From the UHGV virus genome UHGV-2016197: 26,969 nucleotides of DNA. One strand, 5' to 3'. A program made the translations under genes and the position numbers. The notes under the pieces were generated by a model. It was given only the letters and a program-made list of their open reading frames with translations, was not told the origin of the DNA and did not search any database. The stretch is from a virus. Below are positions 19,639-26,969 of this stretch, piece after piece (positions within the stretch are counted from its first letter, which is position 1; the number at the start of each line of letters is the position of its first letter).

Positions 19639-19881
19639 TTATGCTCCGGTAGTGAACAGGTCTAACGCTTCCTTCGATTTACGCACCGCTTCGATAGTGC
19701 GGGTCGTGATATCCGAATTAGCGCCGCCTGACTGGAAGTGAATTTTGAATAGCTCAAGCTTCAGCTCGTCAGTGCCAATGAACTGAAATGCTTCTTCTGC
19801 GGCTGCGTTCTGGTTCATGACCAGTTTGTAAATCTCTAACTGGAATTTCTGTTCTTCAGTCATGGGAATAATCTCTGCCAT
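19639..19881 (-). CDS. Hypothetical 80-aa protein coupled to the terminase genes
   Basis: ATG verified at 19881; stop 2 nt before the small terminase start; P22 carries an 80-codon ORF in this position as I recall. Confidence 0.6.
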   Translation of the reverse strand: MAEIIPMTEEQKFQLEIYKLVMNQNAAAEEAFQFIGTDELKLELFKIHFQSGGANSDITTRTIEAVRKSKEALDLFTTGA

Positions 19882-19984
19882 TGTTGGCTCCGTTTATCCG
19901 TTAAAAGGGATATCAGTTAAGTTATCCCGTGTAGGGTATAAGCCATTATCAAAGCCACTCTGTAGGGAATGGCTTTTGTAATAA

Positions 19985-20356
19985 CTACTGTTCGCTTAGC
20001 TTCTGCTTCAGCAAGTAACCTTCAAGCATCCAGATTTTGTTTACAGCATTCTGCCGGGCAATCTTCCGACCAATTTCTGCATCAAAATTTTCCGGACTTG
20101 CACAGGCACTCTCTCCGGTGACGGTGAAGCCGTTGCGCAGCACCAGGACGCAGAACGTCAGCAGAGAAAGTGATTCGTGCGGCTGGTAGTTTACCTCTCC
20201 GCCAGTATGTTTCGCTTTTATGGCTTTGCCAAAGGCACCATCCTCTGCTGTGAAATATGCCTCCTGAGCAATAATTCCTTCGATATGGTCTGGCGTAACG
20301 CGCGGTGCCGTTTTGCCTTTCTCAACGATTTCTTTTTCGATTTGCTGGTCGTTCAT
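19985..20356 (-). CDS. Gp49/Sf6 gp66-family-like hypothetical protein
   Basis: 123 aa; central segment LLTFCVLVLRNGFTVTGESACASPENFDAEIGRKIARQNAVNKIWMLEGY resembles this phage family from memory; ATG verified at 20356. Confidence 0.6.
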   Translation of the reverse strand: MNDQQIEKEIVEKGKTAPRVTPDHIEGIIAQEAYFTAEDGAFGKAIKAKHTGGEVNYQPHESLSLLTFCVLVLRNGFTVTGESACASPENFDAEIGRKIARQNAVNKIWMLEGYLLKQKLSEQ

Positions 20357-20581
20357 AATTATGACCCTGTAGAGTGGTTGCTTGATTAGGATGTCTTTCC
20401 ATCAGTCCGCCACCACAAAGAATCTTTTTTGCCATAAGGCAGGAGGTTCATCTTTCAGTGGCTGCCAGTGTTATTTCCCCACTTACTGGCTTGGGTTGTT
20501 TCGCGGTACTTCCGTAACTGGTTGCCCAGAATAAATTCCGGTTTCATTATCAAGCCCACCAGTAGATGGGCTTTGGAATGG

Positions 20582-20845
20582 CTACTTCACTTTTGCTTTT
20601 GCTTCCGCTCGCTTACGCCGGCGCTCTTCTTTCCTCTCGGCTTTTGCCATGTCCATGAATGCCTGCATGATCGAGTTCCGCATCATGTAGCTAACAAAGT
20701 GATGATTGACACAGCCGTTTAGGCGCAGCTGCTCGCCAAACTCATCCACCGAGGCCAATGCTTCCATCATGCCCTTCTCGCCTTTCATGAACTCTGAGAA
20801 GTCGCGCCCCGCTCTGGAGGCGCATTCAATGACACGATCACTCAT
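20582..20845 (-). CDS. Hypothetical 87-aa protein with Lys/Arg/Glu-rich C-terminal tail
   Basis: ATG verified at 20845 overlapping the KilA-N stop (ATGA), so translationally coupled; no family recognised. Confidence 0.55.
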   Translation of the reverse strand: MSDRVIECASRAGRDFSEFMKGEKGMMEALASVDEFGEQLRLNGCVNHHFVSYMMRNSIMQAFMDMAKAERKEERRRKRAEAKAKVK

Positions 20846-21339
20846 CCCGGAAGCCCGGGGATCGTAATCTGCAGCTGGTTAGCCAGGGAGTTAATCTCAG
20901 CGACCAACACTGGCTTCGTATAGCGCCATGCCGCCAGCCCTTGTCCGCAGAAACTCGCCATGTCTTTCTTCTGGTCAAACTCATGACATTTCATGTTGAG
21001 CTGCGCACTTAAGCTGTTGCGATGCTGAAGTTCTCCGGTGAAGTAGTCATCGAGGACTTTATAGGCCGCGTACTTGAACCCGGGGTTTAACCAAGCCGCA
21101 TAATCGTAAGCAACAAACTTCCCGCCATATGTTCCACCGTGTACACCGCGCTCAGTAAAAACCACAGATTCGTGGTTTTTCTCCAGCTCGGCTAAGAACT
21201 CTTTGGTCTGCTTGTTTCGCAGGTAGTGGTAAGGCGATTCAGATTCACTTTTACCACTGGCTTTCCACATATCAGTGAGGCAGATCATGCCATCTTCACC
21301 GATACGAATTGGTTGATTGAAGAGGGTTAATGATTTCAT
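20842..21339 (-). CDS. KilA-N domain protein (moron)
   Basis: 165 aa; N-terminal region resembles the KilA-N (APSES-like) DNA-binding domain from memory; ATG verified at 21339; flanked upstream by two terminators. Confidence 0.7.
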   Translation of the reverse strand: MKSLTLFNQPIRIGEDGMICLTDMWKASGKSESESPYHYLRNKQTKEFLAELEKNHESVVFTERGVHGGTYGGKFVAYDYAAWLNPGFKYAAYKVLDDYFTGELQHRNSLSAQLNMKCHEFDQKKDMASFCGQGLAAWRYTKPVLVAEINSLANQLQITIPGLPG

Positions 21340-21454
21340 AGCGTGTACCTACTCTTTGAAATGAACCTTTGCCGCACAGGAAACCAGCCCACCGAGGCTC
21401 GCCAGCACTAACTGGTATCCTCAAAGGCCCATTCCAAAGGGGCAGGTTCGGTGT

Positions 21455-21480
21455 AAAAAACATGCGTTGCGGTACGCATT
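21455..21480 (-). terminator. Second intrinsic terminator after the lysis cassette
   Basis: Minus-strand RNA AUGCGU-ACCGCA-ACGCAU followed by G then UUUUUU. Confidence 0.45.
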
Positions 21481-21484
21481 TATT

Positions 21485-21510
21485 GGAAAAAGCCCCGCAT
21501 CGCGAGGCTC
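21485..21510 (-). terminator. Intrinsic terminator after Rz
   Basis: Minus-strand RNA GCCUCGC-GAU-GCGGGGC (one G-U pair) followed by UUUUUCC. Confidence 0.55.
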
Positions 21511-21540
21511 ATTAAATGGACTTTGTGATTTGCAAAAAAA

Positions 21541-22008
21541 TTATTTCAGGCATTGCGTCCTGATGTATTCCTGCAGGTAGTTAACCTGCGCGGTTATCTT
21601 GTCGATTCCACTTCGTAGACGGTAATAATTGAGTTCAGCATCTGCTGTAAGTCTTGGGCTTTCTCCATCGCCCATGCTGCTGGCTCCGGTCGTTGACTTT
21701 GCACAGGTGGCGGCGACTTGCAGCCGCTTACGGCCAGCAATGACATCGCTATGCAGACGCTCAATGGTTTCTTTCGCATCAGCCAGTTCTCCGGTGTATT
21801 TGGCATCCAGTGCAGCGACATCACGCTGGCGGGTCTGCATGTCTTTAATGGTGGCGGTCGCCAGGAGGAGTTTCTCAGTGGCCTTATCGCGCTGGTCTCT
21901 GTAAGTGATGGCGTTGTCGCGGTAGTGGTTCACGAAGAAAGCCAGTGCGCCGATTAACGCCAGCACCAGCAACTGCAGCCAGTAACGCTTAACCAGTGCG
22001 CTAATCAT
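21541..22008 (-). CDS. Rz: Rz, inner-membrane spanin subunit
   Basis: 155 aa; N-terminal TM segment then [17 protein letters not shown] ... [23 protein letters not shown], closely matching lambda Rz from memory; ATG at 22008 overlaps the lysozyme stop (ATGA). Confidence 0.9.
   Translation of the reverse strand: MISALVKRYWLQLLVLALIGALAFFVNHYRDNAITYRDQRDKATEKLLLATATIKDMQTRQRDVAALDAKYTGELADAKETIERLHSDVIAGRKRLQVAATCAKSTTGASSMGDGESPRLTADAELNYYRLRSGIDKITAQVNYLQEYIRTQCLK
21594..21779 (-). CDS. Rz1: Rz1, outer-membrane lipoprotein spanin subunit, embedded in the +1 frame of Rz
   Basis: From ATG 21779: [20 protein letters not shown] with a lipobox (VSGC) followed by a Pro-rich mature part; lies entirely inside Rz. 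Confidence 0.8.
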   Translation of the reverse strand: MRKKPLSVCIAMSLLAVSGCKSPPPVQSQRPEPAAWAMEKAQDLQQMLNSIITVYEVESTR

Positions 22009-22454
22009 GACAGGAACAGAGCTCGCTCTGCCTTGCGGCGATTCGTGAGCCCCGGCATCACCTTTCCGCCTGATTTATTCCAGCGCAGAAATTCATCTGC
22101 CGCGCCTTTTATATCGCCAGCATTCAGCTTTTTCAGCAGTGTAGATGTGGAAAGAGCACGCGACCCAACGTTGTAAGCGAACGACACCAGTGCGTCGAAC
22201 TGGCCTTGTGTCAGCTTCACCCTGACAACTTTCAGCACGTCATTCTCATAACCAACAAGCCCTGTTTTCAGAAGCCTGTCAGCGGTTTGCTGGTCGATAG
22301 TCATACCGCGCTTTACTGGCTTTCCGTCAACCGGATGGGTCCAGCCATAGCCGATGGTCCACGGCGCATCTCCCGTTCCGGGGTCTGGGTAAGCAGTCAG
22401 CCGACAACCTTCAAATTTTTTTATCAGAGCAATTCCGTCAGGACTGGTTTGCAT
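22005..22454 (-). CDS. Endolysin, T4/P22 gp19-type lysozyme (GH24)
   Basis: From ATG 22454 (GGGAG Shine-Dalgarno 6 nt upstream) 149 aa: [24 protein letters not shown] ... ERALFLS, matching the P22 gp19 family from memory. The ORF-track start at 22526 is TTG and was trimmed. Confidence 0.85.
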   Translation of the reverse strand: MQTSPDGIALIKKFEGCRLTAYPDPGTGDAPWTIGYGWTHPVDGKPVKRGMTIDQQTADRLLKTGLVGYENDVLKVVRVKLTQGQFDALVSFAYNVGSRALSTSTLLKKLNAGDIKGAADEFLRWNKSGGKVMPGLTNRRKAERALFLS

Positions 22455-22791
22455 CGTCAACTCCCGCCTTTTTTGCTGCAAGTTTTTTAATAAGATTGCC
22501 GATCGAATCGGTGCCGATGTATCCAATAAAGACGCTGGCTATGTAGGCGAGGTTGCTGCTCAGGCCGATAAAGTCCAGAAGGTCACGAACGAACCAGGCA
22601 ATCATCGCGCACATCAGCGCATCAATTAGCGTTTTTGTTACCGCGCCGCCGTTATAGCGACCACGCAGATACGCCATGATAAAAGCCAGCATTGCACCAA
22701 TACCCTGCTCCTTGGCGGCAAGTAGCGCAGCGATGAAATCTTGTTTGTATGGCAATTTTTTCTCCCTACGCCTGGCACGCGAATTGACCAT
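22438..22791 (-). CDS. S: Class I holin, lambda S-like; start uncertain (ATG 22791 inside the HNH gene, or TTG 22755 just after the HNH stop)
   Basis: From [24 protein letters not shown]... to the end the protein is collinear with lambda S ([24 protein letters not shown]...) as recalled. AGGGAG then 6 nt then in-frame TTG at 22755. Confidence 0.85.
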   Translation of the reverse strand: MVNSRARRREKKLPYKQDFIAALLAAKEQGIGAMLAFIMAYLRGRYNGGAVTKTLIDALMCAMIAWFVRDLLDFIGLSSNLAYIASVFIGYIGTDSIGNLIKKLAAKKAGVDDANQS

Positions 22792-23266
22792 GATATTTCC
22801 CCCTAAACTCTGAGATTACCAACTCAGCAAGTTCGAGATCATCGAAGTAACCCAACCAGATCTGCTTCTTATTTCTACTTCCGCAAACTCTCCATTTCCC
22901 ATTCTTAACATCAAGCCTGACGCCCTTTATGGGATTCTTTCCTCCGGATGGTTTGCGTCTGTTATATTGATTTTCTGATTTGGTCGATAATCTGAGGTTT
23001 TTAATGCCATTGTTTAATGGGTTTCTATCTAAATGATCCACGTCCATTTCTGGCATGCATCCATATACATACAACCAAGCCAGCCGATGCTCTTTATAGA
23101 TTTTCCCATCTATACGTATTTGCCTGTAACCAGATCCATTAATCGTTCCAGCTCTTGAGCCAACTTTAATTCTGCGATTGCTGGATTTAACCCAAGTAAA
23201 AACCCCTGAAACAGGCTCATAGTGCATAAGGCTTTTCAGGACTTGCTGAGTGATTACCATCTTCAT
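22766..23266 (-). CDS. HNH homing endonuclease with AP2-like C-terminal domain
   Basis: 166 aa; HNH motif region [10 protein letters not shown]...[25 protein letters not shown] and C-terminal [27 protein letters not shown]; ATG verified at 23266 with GAGGAGAGAG upstream. Confidence 0.8.
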   Translation of the reverse strand: MKMVITQQVLKSLMHYEPVSGVFTWVKSSNRRIKVGSRAGTINGSGYRQIRIDGKIYKEHRLAWLYVYGCMPEMDVDHLDRNPLNNGIKNLRLSTKSENQYNRRKPSGGKNPIKGVRLDVKNGKWRVCGSRNKKQIWLGYFDDLELAELVISEFRGKYHGQFACQA

Positions 23267-23365
23267 AGTCTCTCTCCTCGCAATAGAAGCGGGAGCTGTG
23301 CGTTGTAGAGAAGCGCCTCACCCATTGCGTTTAAGGGGTAAGTGTTTAGCTGTATGGATGGTCGC

Positions 23366-23394
23366 GAATAAAAAAGCCCACGGCGCGGTGGGCA
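23366..23394 (-). terminator. Intrinsic terminator within the late leader
   Basis: Minus-strand RNA GCCCAC-CGCGCC-GUGGGC followed by UUUUUUAUU. Confidence 0.55.
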
Positions 23395-23644
23395 ATAGAG
23401 GGTAGTGCGTTGAGCTTTTGCTCTTATGGTCCTGGTAGGTATTTGGTGTGTGGTGACCGGTGCTGTGTTTTCCGGCATGTAAATGAACTACCCGTCGTCG
23501 CCATGGTGAGCCTTTACCTCACCATCTAGCTGATAAGTTAGCGCATCAGCCTGCGCATTCACCACAACGATAATTGCACTGCGCCTGTTTCGGTTAGCGT
23601 AACGGGATTAACCGGTCACCCCAATGCAATTATCTGTTGTGCAG

Positions 23645-23678
23645 ATACAAAAAAGCCCCGAGCTATTAACTCAGGGCT
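23645..23678 (-). terminator. tR'-like terminator of the short late leader RNA
   Basis: Minus-strand RNA GCCCUGAG-UUAAUAG-CUCGGGGC then UUUUUUGUAUCUGCACAACAG; the U tract and following bases match the lambda tR' region as recalled. Confidence 0.7.
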
Positions 23679-23706
23679 TTATTTAACGAGTGCATTTATC
23701 CATCGT

Positions 23707-23745
23707 TGAGTCAAATTTACCCAACTTTATTCAAAAAGTCAATAT
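23707..23745 (-). promoter_or_regulatory. Late promoter pR' with qut-like region (target of Q antitermination)
   Basis: Minus strand TTGACT (23742-23737) - 17 bp - TAAATT (23719-23714) then TTGACTCAACGATGG, matching the lambda pR'/qut sequence from memory; about 40 bp downstream of the Q stop. Confidence 0.75.
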
Positions 23746-23784
23746 CATGCCGTTAATATGTTGCCATCCGTGGAAATCATGCTG

Positions 23785-24408
23785 CTAACGTGTGACCGCA
23801 TTCAAAATGTTGTCTGCGATTGACTCTTCTTTGTGGCATTGCACCACCAGAGCGTCATACAGTGGCTTAACAGTGCGTGACCAGGTGGGTTGAGTAAGGT
23901 TTGGGATTAGCATCGTTACAGCGCGATATGCGGCGCTTGCTGGCATTCTTGAATAGCCGACACCTTTGCATCTTCCGCATTCTTTCTCAACAACTCTCCC
24001 CCACAGCTCTGTTTTTGATATATCAACCGCACGGCCTGTACCGTGGCAATCTCTGCATCTTGCCCCCGGCGTCGCGGCACTACGGCAATAATCCGCATAA
24101 GCGAATGTTGCGAGCACTTGCAGTACCTTTGCCTTAGTATTTCCTTCGAGCTTTGCCACACCACGGTATTTCCCCGATACCTTGTGTGCAAATTGCATCA
24201 GATAGTTGATAGCCTTTTGTTTGTCGTTCTGGCTGAGTTCGTGCTTACCGCAGAATGCAGCCATACCGAATCCGGCTTGTGATTGCGCCATCCCCATAGC
24301 AGCCATCACATCAGTACCGGAAAGAGAGTCAGAAGCCGTGGCCCGTGGTGAGTCGCTCATCATCGGGCTTTTTGGCGAATGAAATTTAGCTACGCTTTCG
24401 AGTCTCAT
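23785..24408 (-). CDS. Q: Late gene antiterminator Q (lambda type)
   Basis: 207 aa; matches my recollection of lambda Q almost residue for residue, including the Cys-rich zinc-binding segment (CRDCHGTGR...CGRCKGVGY); ATG verified at 24408. Confidence 0.9.
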   Translation of the reverse strand: MRLESVAKFHSPKSPMMSDSPRATASDSLSGTDVMAAMGMAQSQAGFGMAAFCGKHELSQNDKQKAINYLMQFAHKVSGKYRGVAKLEGNTKAKVLQVLATFAYADYCRSAATPGARCRDCHGTGRAVDISKTELWGRVVEKECGRCKGVGYSRMPASAAYRAVTMLIPNLTQPTWSRTVKPLYDALVVQCHKEESIADNILNAVTR

Positions 24409-24593
24409 GGCCTTCCCCTTTTTCCCTGTTTGACCATCAGGACGCCGTTAACTATTACGTGACGCTCGCCTTTGCTGTCTCGGTTGTACTTGAGCACTGT
24501 TCCTCTTGCGCAGGAAAGCATCCTCGCCACTTCGGTCTGATTGCCTCGTGTCTGGATAAGAAGCTCTGGTATCGTTTGAATTGTGGCGTTCAT
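24405..24593 (-). CDS. ninH: NinH
   Basis: 62 aa; TIPELLIQTRGNQTEVARMLSCARGTVLKY resembles lambda NinH (GNQTEVARRLKCSRGTVRKY); ATG verified at 24593. Confidence 0.8.
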   Translation of the reverse strand: MNATIQTIPELLIQTRGNQTEVARMLSCARGTVLKYNRDSKGERHVIVNGVLMVKQGKRGRP

Positions 24594-24952
24594 ACGTTCT
24601 CCAGTTCGGTGATTTTTATTCCAAGCCGTCCGCCTGGTACTTTCACACCACGAATTACGCGAATGTCATCGAATTGCTCGTCGTCTTCCGCAAATCCGGC
24701 GTGGATAAGGGAGTCGAGTAAACCTTTCAGGATGTTGTCGAGGTCGCGGCGGCGGGAGTCTGGAACGTCTGCGATGACTTTGATACGGAGTCGTGATTTG
24801 GTGAAAATGTCTAACTTGAGTTGGCGAATGATTTGCTGAACGTCTTTTCGGTATTTCTGGCCTTTATCGCTGATGTAGTATTGGCTTCCCCGTCTTCTCC
24901 AGTAGGTATTCAGCGACGGCGGGTATGGAAGCACAAACTGATATTCGTTCAT
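24590..24952 (-). CDS. rusA: Holliday junction resolvase RusA
   Basis: 120 aa with the RusA signature PDSRRRDLDNILKGLLDSL and C-terminal GGRLGIKITEL; ATG verified at 24952. Confidence 0.9.
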   Translation of the reverse strand: MNEYQFVLPYPPSLNTYWRRRGSQYYISDKGQKYRKDVQQIIRQLKLDIFTKSRLRIKVIADVPDSRRRDLDNILKGLLDSLIHAGFAEDDEQFDDIRVIRGVKVPGGRLGIKITELENV

Positions 24953-25239
24953 GGTTTAATCTTCCCCTCCTTCAGCAGTATCGCCTGCGTCCTGATCACG
25001 CCTTCGAGGTGGTAAAGTCTGGCGTCTTTGTTGTCGAGGTTATGGGTGCGTCGGTCGATCTCCGCGTGGCAGTCGCTACAAGCCCATGCGCCGATCAGGT
25101 CGTCAGGTTTCATTCCCGTTCCGCAAATTCCAGCCATCCGGTAATGTGCCAGAACTGTAGTTTCAGGATTGCCATTGCATACGCCGTAAATACGTACCTG
25201 ACATTCTCTGCCGCGTGCTTCTTTGCGTAGATTGGCCAT
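24949..25239 (-). CDS. DUF1364 (YbcO-like) putative nuclease
   Basis: 96 aa; ARGRECQVRIYGVCNGNPETTVLAH ... CSDCHAEIDRRTH resembles DLP12 YbcO from memory; ATG verified at 25239. Confidence 0.75.
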   Translation of the reverse strand: MANLRKEARGRECQVRIYGVCNGNPETTVLAHYRMAGICGTGMKPDDLIGAWACSDCHAEIDRRTHNLDNKDARLYHLEGVIRTQAILLKEGKIKP

Positions 25240-25961
25240 TAAGCAGCCTCCCCTGTTACTTTCAGCATTCCGTTATCGAGCAGCTTTCTGGTCAGCCACT
25301 GTTGACCACGCCCGGTGATTTTTGTGGTGAACGATATCTGTATTCCGTGATTTGTGTTGACTGCTGTTTCTTTCACTGTGAAATAGCCGCGCTCCATATA
25401 TTCCTGCATTGGCACATTGCGCCGGGAACCTGAAGCAATAAGGATTTTGTGATCGCGCATCCACGCAAACAGTTTGTTTGGACCAATACCGACAACCTTT
25501 GCAAAGTTTCCAATCAAAATTCCGCTGGCTTCGCCAACGCGATCGGCAAACTCAACTTTAGGTGCGGCAATTGCGAGCTGGTTTTCCAGTTGCATTTTCT
25601 GCTCAGCAAGATCAGCAGCAAGGCGCAACGCTTCTGGTAGCGTTTTGGGGATATTAACCGCAGCTTCTTCAAGCTCTCGCCAACGGTCAACAAGACGAGC
25701 GGTGAATTCCGGCGACAACTGAGCGACGACAATAATGCTGTCTCGCTTACCTTGTTCGCCCTCAAAAACGTAAGCCTCTACGCCACGAAGTAATCCTAAG
25801 TTATTGATTTTTTCGAAAACCACCATTGGGGGATTTCGGATCACACCTCGAGCCGCCAGTCGTTCAATAGATTGTTTCACCTTGTCATGACGACTTCCCA
25901 CCAACTCAGCGATTTCAATGCTTGTCATTTTGATGGCATTGCCATTTATTAACTCATTCAT
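25239..25961 (-). CDS. Phage regulatory protein, Rha-like N-terminus with KilAC (ANT) C-terminal domain; antirepressor-like
   Basis: 240 aa; N-terminal MTSIEIAELVGSRHDKV (Rha-type) and C-terminal AAPKVEFADRV...LFAWMRDHKIL...EYMERGYFTVKE (KilAC-type); ATG verified at 25961. Confidence 0.75.
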   Translation of the reverse strand: MNELINGNAIKMTSIEIAELVGSRHDKVKQSIERLAARGVIRNPPMVVFEKINNLGLLRGVEAYVFEGEQGKRDSIIVVAQLSPEFTARLVDRWRELEEAAVNIPKTLPEALRLAADLAEQKMQLENQLAIAAPKVEFADRVGEASGILIGNFAKVVGIGPNKLFAWMRDHKILIASGSRRNVPMQEYMERGYFTVKETAVNTNHGIQISFTTKITGRGQQWLTRKLLDNGMLKVTGEAA

Positions 25962-26130
25962 CGTCTTCTTCCTCGTACATTGAGCTATTCGGATCGCTCA
26001 TCAGCTCTGCGCAGCAATCGGAGCACACGTGAACTTCCAGCACATGCAGCTTCTGACCGCAGTTAGCGCACGTTAAAGCCCGCTCGACGCTTTCTTTCTG
26101 GTATTGAAGGGATTGGGATGGGCTAAGCAT
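25954..26130 (-). CDS. ninF: NinF-like small zinc-ribbon protein (not in the supplied ORF track; below its length cut-off)
   Basis: Hand-translated 58 codons from ATG 26130 to TGA 25954-25956: [58 protein letters not shown]; two Cys pairs; stop overlaps the next start (ATGAATGA). Confidence 0.65.
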   Translation of the reverse strand: MLSPSQSLQYQKESVERALTCANCGQKLHVLEVHVCSDCCAELMSDPNSSMYEEEDDE

Positions 26131-26539
26131 TATTGGCGTCCTGCATCATGAGAAAGACAATCATGGCGGCGCGGAGTGGATTAGACTGATACTGAATTCC
26201 GAACTTTTGACAAGATGAAATCGCATCACACCACTCGTGATATTCGCCTTCATATCTCGTATCGGTACTATCAAACATTATGCTGATTTTGTTTTCAGTG
26301 ATAATTGGCCACGCATATTCAGGATTATTGCAAGGATTGAAGCAATTTCCGTTTGAAGAACGGAAGCCATTAATATCCCTTTTTTGCGTCTGCCAAATAG
26401 GACCTCTTTCGTCAGTGGGGATCTCAGAATCGAAATCTGCTTCGTCATCAGGTATGAAGAAATGCTCCTCCATATCTAAAGCCTCACATACTCGCTTGTT
26501 AATTTCAAAATCACTTAACTGTGAATAATCCATTGTCAT
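26123..26539 (-). CDS. Hypothetical nin-region protein at the NinX position
   Basis: 138 codons from ATG 26539, which overlaps the ninE stop (ATGA); the ORF-track start at 26575 is GTG and was trimmed. Confidence 0.55.
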   Translation of the reverse strand: MTMDYSQLSDFEINKRVCEALDMEEHFFIPDDEADFDSEIPTDERGPIWQTQKRDINGFRSSNGNCFNPCNNPEYAWPIITENKISIMFDSTDTRYEGEYHEWCDAISSCQKFGIQYQSNPLRAAMIVFLMMQDANNA

Positions 26540-26712
26540 TTCCTCGCACGATGCCTTAGCCACCGGATATCCCACAGGTGAGCCGTGTAGTTGAAGGTTT
26601 TTACGTCAGATTCTTTTGGGATTGGCTTGCGTTTATTTCTGGAGCGTTTCGTTGGAAGGTATTTGCAGTTTTCGCAGATTATGTCGGTGATACTTCGTCG
26701 CTGTCGTCTCAT
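26536..26712 (-). CDS. ninE: NinE
   Basis: 58 aa from ATG 26712 (ATGA overlap with the ninB stop): [52 protein letters not shown]... matches lambda NinE from memory. Confidence 0.7.
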   Translation of the reverse strand: MRRQRRSITDIICENCKYLPTKRSRNKRKPIPKESDVKTFNYTAHLWDIRWLRHRARK

Positions 26713-26969
26713 TCGTACCTCCTGTCGGTAAATCTGACACCCTGACCAATAGCCCATGCTGTTGTGTACTCGATCAGACTTGCCATACGCTTCACGCTCA
26801 TCTGCGCGCTGCTTTCGCGAATGTTGACGTATTCACCTTCAAGGCCGGGCAAAACATCAGCTTCCTGCTTTGTTGCCACTGCATGACCGCTTATCAACAA
26901 AACCTTCCATTGTTCTGGTTTTAACCATTTGCCGCACCATTGAACCTGACTTGCGATATCCGCCAGCAT
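26709..26969 (-). CDS. ninB: NinB (Orf-family recombination mediator), 3' portion only; 5' end lies beyond the window
   Basis: C-terminal 86 aa [40 protein letters not shown]...[23 protein letters not shown] resemble lambda NinB from memory. Confidence 0.8.
   Translation of the reverse strand: MLADIASQVQWCGKWLKPEQWKVLLISGHAVATKQEADVLPGLEGEYVNIRESSAQMSVKRMASLIEYTTAWAIGQGVRFTDRRYE

Larger units (their letters stand above)
91..26969. mobile_element. Right-hand portion of an integrated mosaic lambdoid prophage with P22-like virion genes; continues beyond the right window edge
   Basis: attR at the left edge; contiguous minus-strand phage operons (nin, Q, lysis, terminase, head, tail, tailspike) with overlapping stop/start codons; no integrase or immunity region inside the window. 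Confidence 0.85.

Noticed and set aside
21629-21957. Plus-strand ORFs of 79-91 aa inside Rz
   Set aside because: Antisense shadow ORFs; the only embedded gene with a credible signal is minus-strand Rz1, which has a lipobox.
22455-22526. N-terminal extension of the lysozyme ORF as given in the ORF track
   Set aside because: The track start is TTG with no ribosome-binding site and adds 24 residues not expected for a gp19-type lysozyme; the ATG at 22454 has a GGGAG Shine-Dalgarno.
23263-23478. 71-aa minus-strand ORF in the late leader
   Set aside because: No Shine-Dalgarno, and it is translated straight through the intrinsic terminator hairpin at 23366-23394; more likely noncoding leader.
23395-23645. 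Possible tRNA or toxin cargo between Q and the lysis genes, as in Stx-type phages
   Set aside because: No cloverleaf-compatible sequence (no GTTCGA-type T loop or CCA-adjacent acceptor pairing) found by eye on either strand; no ORF of toxin size.
24459-25015. Plus-strand ORFs of 64-126 aa across ninH and rusA
   Set aside because: Antisense to tightly coupled, family-assignable genes.
1-26969. CRISPR array or insertion sequence
   Set aside because: No regularly spaced direct repeats and no transposase-like ORF or terminal inverted repeats seen anywhere in the window.

Overview
About 90 bp of host chromosome followed by roughly 26.9 kb of the right-hand part of a mosaic lambdoid prophage with a P22-like (short-tailed) virion module. 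Nearly all genes are on the minus strand, transcribed right to left. From the right edge: nin region (ninB partial, ninE, NinX-position ORF, ninF, Rha/KilAC antirepressor-like, DUF1364/YbcO-like, rusA, ninH), lambda-type Q antiterminator, a pR'-like late promoter with a short tR'-like terminator, an HNH endonuclease sitting on the 5' end of a lambda S-like holin, GH24 lysozyme, Rz with embedded Rz1, a KilA-N moron, small and large terminase, portal, scaffold, coat, gp4, gp10, knob-bearing tail needle, gp14, ejection proteins gp7/gp20/gp16, an accessory locus (plus-strand small ORF interrupted at an A7 tract; divergent 322-aa P63C-like protein with its own operator-rich promoter and two terminators), tailspike, an AT-rich acyltransferase-3 conversion gene on the plus strand, a tI/sib-like terminator, and a lambda-type attR (core 91-105). 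The most interesting candidate for an undescribed system is the 4154-5606 accessory locus, at the position where P22 carries sieA/immI. All family assignments come from reading the translations against remembered protein families; no database search or folding was run. Coordinates of main genes were checked codon by codon where stated; ORF-track starts that were TTG/GTG were trimmed to the first ATG with a Shine-Dalgarno.
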